A stretch of DNA of 52,757 nt, taken from positions 186-52,942 of the forward strand of contig MGBT01000190.1 of NCBI GenBank assembly GCA_001788395.1, read 5' to 3'. A program made the translations under genes and the position numbers. This DNA comes from Candidatus Rokubacteria bacterium GWA2_70_23. Lineage in GTDB: Bacteria; Methylomirabilota; Methylomirabilia; Rokubacteriales; CSP1-6. A model generated the notes under the pieces. It saw only the letters and a program-made list of their open reading frames with translations. It was not told the DNA's origin and ran no database searches. The first letter of the stretch is position 1. Each line of letters begins with the position of its first letter. This document shows positions 49,721 to 52,757 of this stretch, in pieces.

Positions 49721-49972
49721 ACGGTTGAATTCGCAGCCCATGGCCGCCGCTGCGGCCTCCCCCTGAAACGCCGCCCCGCGCTACCGCCGCGCTTCGCCGA
49801 GGGAGGCTCCGGAGTGACGCACGTGGCGGGACGACCGCACCCAAGGATAGCACAGGGTCCCCCGCCCTCCACCCGACGAGCGGCGGCGGCTCGGGCTTCG
49901 GCGGATCCCCGCCGTCGCGGCGGTCCCGGCCGCGGCGCCGCCGGCCGGTCCGGCCTGGGAGGCCCGACCGGG

Positions 49973-50407
49973 TCACGGGCCGGCAGCGGTCAGCTCCTGG
50001 CAGTAGGCATAGAGGGCATCGTAGACGGGGAACTGCCGCGCCATGTTCTCGTGGTCGTCGCGGCTGATGAGCCTGAAGCCGCTGGCCACGGCGTAGAGTC
50101 CCGAGGTCTCGGGTGCCAGGCTCCGGGCGTCCGTGTCGGCCCCGCGGACGATCAGGGCCAGGGCGTGGAGCGCCGGGTCGTCGAGCCGGTACGTGTCGAG
50201 GAAGGCGTCGAAGGAACAGCGGTCGCCGTGATGTCCCAGCTCCACCCCCGGGACATCGAAGGGCACGGCGCCCTCGCGCCGCGCCGTCTCCATGACCTCC
50301 GCGTCGGCGACGAAGAGGAACTCGGCCGCGGGATCGAGGAACCTCCGGATGAGCCAGGGGCAGGCGATGCGGTCCACGCGAGCCTTGCGGCGGGTGACCC
50401 ATTTCAT
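49973..50407 (-). CDS. Chromate resistance protein, ChrB C-terminal-domain type
   Basis: MKWVTR..VDRIACPWLIRRF.D..AEFLFV, CSFDAF, IVRGADT and YDALY. Confidence 0.9.
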   Translation of the reverse strand: MKWVTRRKARVDRIACPWLIRRFLDPAAEFLFVADAEVMETARREGAVPFDVPGVELGHHGDRCSFDAFLDTYRLDDPALHALALIVRGADTDARSLAPETSGLYAVASGFRLISRDDHENMARQFPVYDALYAYCQELTAAGP

Positions 50408-50417
50408 CAGTCGTCGC

Positions 50418-51587
50418 TCACCCCCTCGTCCAGAAGAGCAGCAGGCCCACGGCCGCGGCGCCGGCGATGAGCACGGGCTCGGGAATCTTGAAGCGCCAGC
50501 TGAGTCCAAGCGCTACGAGCCCGATCAGGAGCGTCGGGACGTCCACGATGGCCCGGCGGGCGAGGACGAAGCAGGCCCCGGCGATGGCGCCCGCGGCAGC
50601 GGCCGTCACCCCGCCCACGAAGGCCTTGACCTGCGGGTTGCCGCTCACGCGGTCGAACCACGGGAAGGGGATCACGACGAAGAGATAGACCGGCAGGAAG
50701 ACCCCGATCGCTGCCAGCAGCGCGCCCGCCTGCCCCGCCACGAGGTAGCCGATGAAGGCCACGGTGATCACCACGGGCCCCGGCGTGATCATGGCCACCG
50801 CCACGGCGTCCAGGAACTGCTTGTCGTTGACCCAGCCATGCTCCTGGACGACGCCGCCATAGAGGAAGGGGACGATGGCGAGCCCGCTGCCGAAGACGAA
50901 GGCGCCCGCCTTGGCGAAGAAGCCGAGGATCGTGCCGAGCGTGGCCAGCGAGGCGGGCTCGCGCAGGCCCTGGATCAGGAAGAGCGGCAGCGGCCCCACC
51001 GACCAGAGCGCCGCCCGCGCTCCCATCAGCCGGCGCAGCCAGGCCGGGGGCGCCTGGACGAGCAGCGCCACGACGCCGCACATGACGAAGAGCGTCGCGA
51101 TCTCGGACTCGGTCCACGCGGTGACGACGGCCATCACGAAGAAGATGGCCCAGAGCAGCCGGTCCCGGCTCATGGTGAGCCGCGCCAGCCGGTACGCGGC
51201 GCGCACGATGATCGCGATGACGGCGGCGCCCACGCCGAGGAAGGCCGCCTGCATCCACGAGAGCCCCCCGTAGCGCACGTAGAGCATGCCGATAGCGACC
51301 GTCATCACGTAGGAGGGCAGGATGAAGACGAGGCTGACCAGGGTGGCGCCCCAGACCTTGGAATGGATGTAGCCGAGGCAGATGGCGAGCTGGGCGGCCA
51401 GCGGCCCCGGGGCCAGCTGGGAGAGCGCCAGCGCCTTCTTGTACTCCTCCAGGGTGAACCACTTCCGCTGCTCCACCAGGTCCCGCTGCATGTAGCCCAC
51501 GAGGGCCACGGGCCCGCCGAAGCCGAGGGCGCCGAGATAGAGGAAGTACCGGAGGAGCTCGGATAGACTGGGCACGGGGGTCACCAC
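50418..51587 (-). CDS. chrA: Long-chain chromate transporter (CHR family)
   Basis: GFGGP, SQLAPGP, FGSG and MITPGP, in two homologous halves. Confidence 0.92.
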   Translation of the reverse strand: MVTPVPSLSELLRYFLYLGALGFGGPVALVGYMQRDLVEQRKWFTLEEYKKALALSQLAPGPLAAQLAICLGYIHSKVWGATLVSLVFILPSYVMTVAIGMLYVRYGGLSWMQAAFLGVGAAVIAIIVRAAYRLARLTMSRDRLLWAIFFVMAVVTAWTESEIATLFVMCGVVALLVQAPPAWLRRLMGARAALWSVGPLPLFLIQGLREPASLATLGTILGFFAKAGAFVFGSGLAIVPFLYGGVVQEHGWVNDKQFLDAVAVAMITPGPVVITVAFIGYLVAGQAGALLAAIGVFLPVYLFVVIPFPWFDRVSGNPQVKAFVGGVTAAAAGAIAGACFVLARRAIVDVPTLLIGLVALGLSWRFKIPEPVLIAGAAAVGLLLFWTRG

Positions 51588-51798
51588 TAGCAGTCTGCTG
51601 AAAAAGGCCCATCTGCTTCGTTGGCGCCCTCAGCCGAACGCTCAACGTGGCTCGCTTGCGCTCGCCGGATCTCCGGATATGCTCGCCTCGCCTCCGGCTC
51701 AGCTCGCCAAGCGGAGTACGCCTCGCGTGCGGCCGTCGGGCGCCGCCTCGCATCTGGACCTTTTTGAGCAGCCTGCGGGTTTTTCGGCAATCTGCGAG
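51587..51798 (-). mobile_element. MITE-like structured repeat, copy 2 (full length, inverted relative to copy 1)
   Basis: CTAGCAGTCTGCTGAAAAAGG...TTTTTCGGCAATCTGCGAG, colinear with the reverse complement of 14350-14562. Confidence 0.8.
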
Positions 51799-51884
51799 GG
51801 GCACCCACGTAGAAGGAGCGCCATACCGGCCCACACCATACTCGAAATCCGGCTCCTGTGTGGCGCCACCTGCCCCCGGCCGCG

Positions 51885-52757
51885 TCAGCCGTCGAGCCCG
51901 CGAAGGAAGGTGATCATCTCTGCGTTGACCTCGGCGGGGCGCTCCTGCTGAGTCCAGTGGCCGCAGCCCGGAAGCATCACGAGCCGCCTCAGGCCGGGCA
52001 CCGTTTCCTTCATCTGGTCGAGCGCGCGCCTCTGCATCGCGATGACCAGGTCGCGGTCGCCGGCCACGAACAGCGCGGGCTGCACCACCTTCGCGTGGTG
52101 GTAGGCCGCCATCAGCTCCCAGGTCAGGTCCATGGCGCGATACCAGCTGAGTCCCCCGCGGAAGCCGGTGCGCTGGAATTCGCTCGTGTAGAGGTCGAGG
52201 TCGGCCTCGGTGAGCCACGCCGGCAACAGCGTAGGATCCGTCAACGTGTCGAGGAACCGCGCCGTCTTCGGCATGATGGGACGCCACCCGTGCTCCGGAG
52301 GCGCATCGCCCGAGGCCGAGTAGAGCACCCGGCGGAGCGTCGCGCGCACGTCGCCCTCCAGCTCGACCTCGGCCACCCCCGGCTCCTGGAAATGGAGCAT
52401 GTACATGAAGTGGTCGCCTGCCACCTGACGGAGCGCGGCAGTGGGACGGACCGAGCCCCGCGGCGAGTACGGCACGGAGAGCACCATCGCGGCGCGGAAG
52501 CGGTCGGGCCGCATCAGCGCGCAGTTCCAGGCAACCGGCGCGCCCCAGTCGTGCCCCACGATCACGGCCGTCTGCTCCCCGAGCGCGTCGAGGAGTCCGA
52601 CCATGTCGCCCACGTGGTGGAGGGTCGTGTACTTCTCGATCTCCGCGGGCCGGTCGGTACGGCCGTAGCCGCGCATGTCCGGCGCGACGGCGCGGTACCC
52701 GGCGGCCGCGAGCGCCTGCAGCTGATGGCGCCAGGAGTACCAGGACTCCGGGAAGCC
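51885..52757 (-). CDS. Alpha/beta-fold epoxide hydrolase (5'-partial; starts beyond the right edge)
   Basis: GFPESWYSWRHQ, PDMRGYG, GHDWGA, YMLHFQEPG, SWYR and GHWTQQE. Confidence 0.92.
   Translation of the reverse strand, partial: GFPESWYSWRHQLQALAAAGYRAVAPDMRGYGRTDRPAEIEKYTTLHHVGDMVGLLDALGEQTAVIVGHDWGAPVAWNCALMRPDRFRAAMVLSVPYSPRGSVRPTAALRQVAGDHFMYMLHFQEPGVAEVELEGDVRATLRRVLYSASGDAPPEHGWRPIMPKTARFLDTLTDPTLLPAWLTEADLDLYTSEFQRTGFRGGLSWYRAMDLTWELMAAYHHAKVVQPALFVAGDRDLVIAMQRRALDQMKETVPGLRRLVMLPGCGHWTQQERPAEVNAEMITFLRGLDG

Overview
Very GC-rich bacterial chromosomal segment. Gene content and style suggest a Rokubacteria/Methylomirabilota-like organism, but this is inference only. It is mostly housekeeping: ACT-malic enzyme, msrPQ, slt, glnD, hisC, pckG, tmk-holB-PSP1-metG-tatD, acuC/moaC, an interleaved tungstate+molybdate ABC cluster, typA, an RhlB-like helicase, tatC, thiD, rsmI, tRNA-Leu-tig-clpP-clpX, chrA/chrB and an epoxide hydrolase. 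Five signals stand out. (1) Three dispersed copies of a ~200-bp non-coding element end in CTAG, have IS-like terminal inverted repeats, and fold on one strand into a long hairpin punctuated by tandem G.A mismatches with a GNRA-capped side arm. Two copies sit on TAG stop codons. (2) A compositionally foreign type II R-M pair (BamHI-like MTase plus BglII-like REase) lies inside the tupA-tupB operon. (3) A signal-peptide-bearing WD40-Ig-SH3-caspase(C14) protein. (4) A 1-kb scar made of three gene fragments, and an HmgA-like gene with an apparent internal deletion. (5) A TANNNT -10 box lies 6-9 nt before the start codon of about 10 genes, suggesting widespread leaderless mRNAs. No CRISPR array, rRNA, integrase or transposase was seen. 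All product calls come from motif recognition by eye, without database searches.
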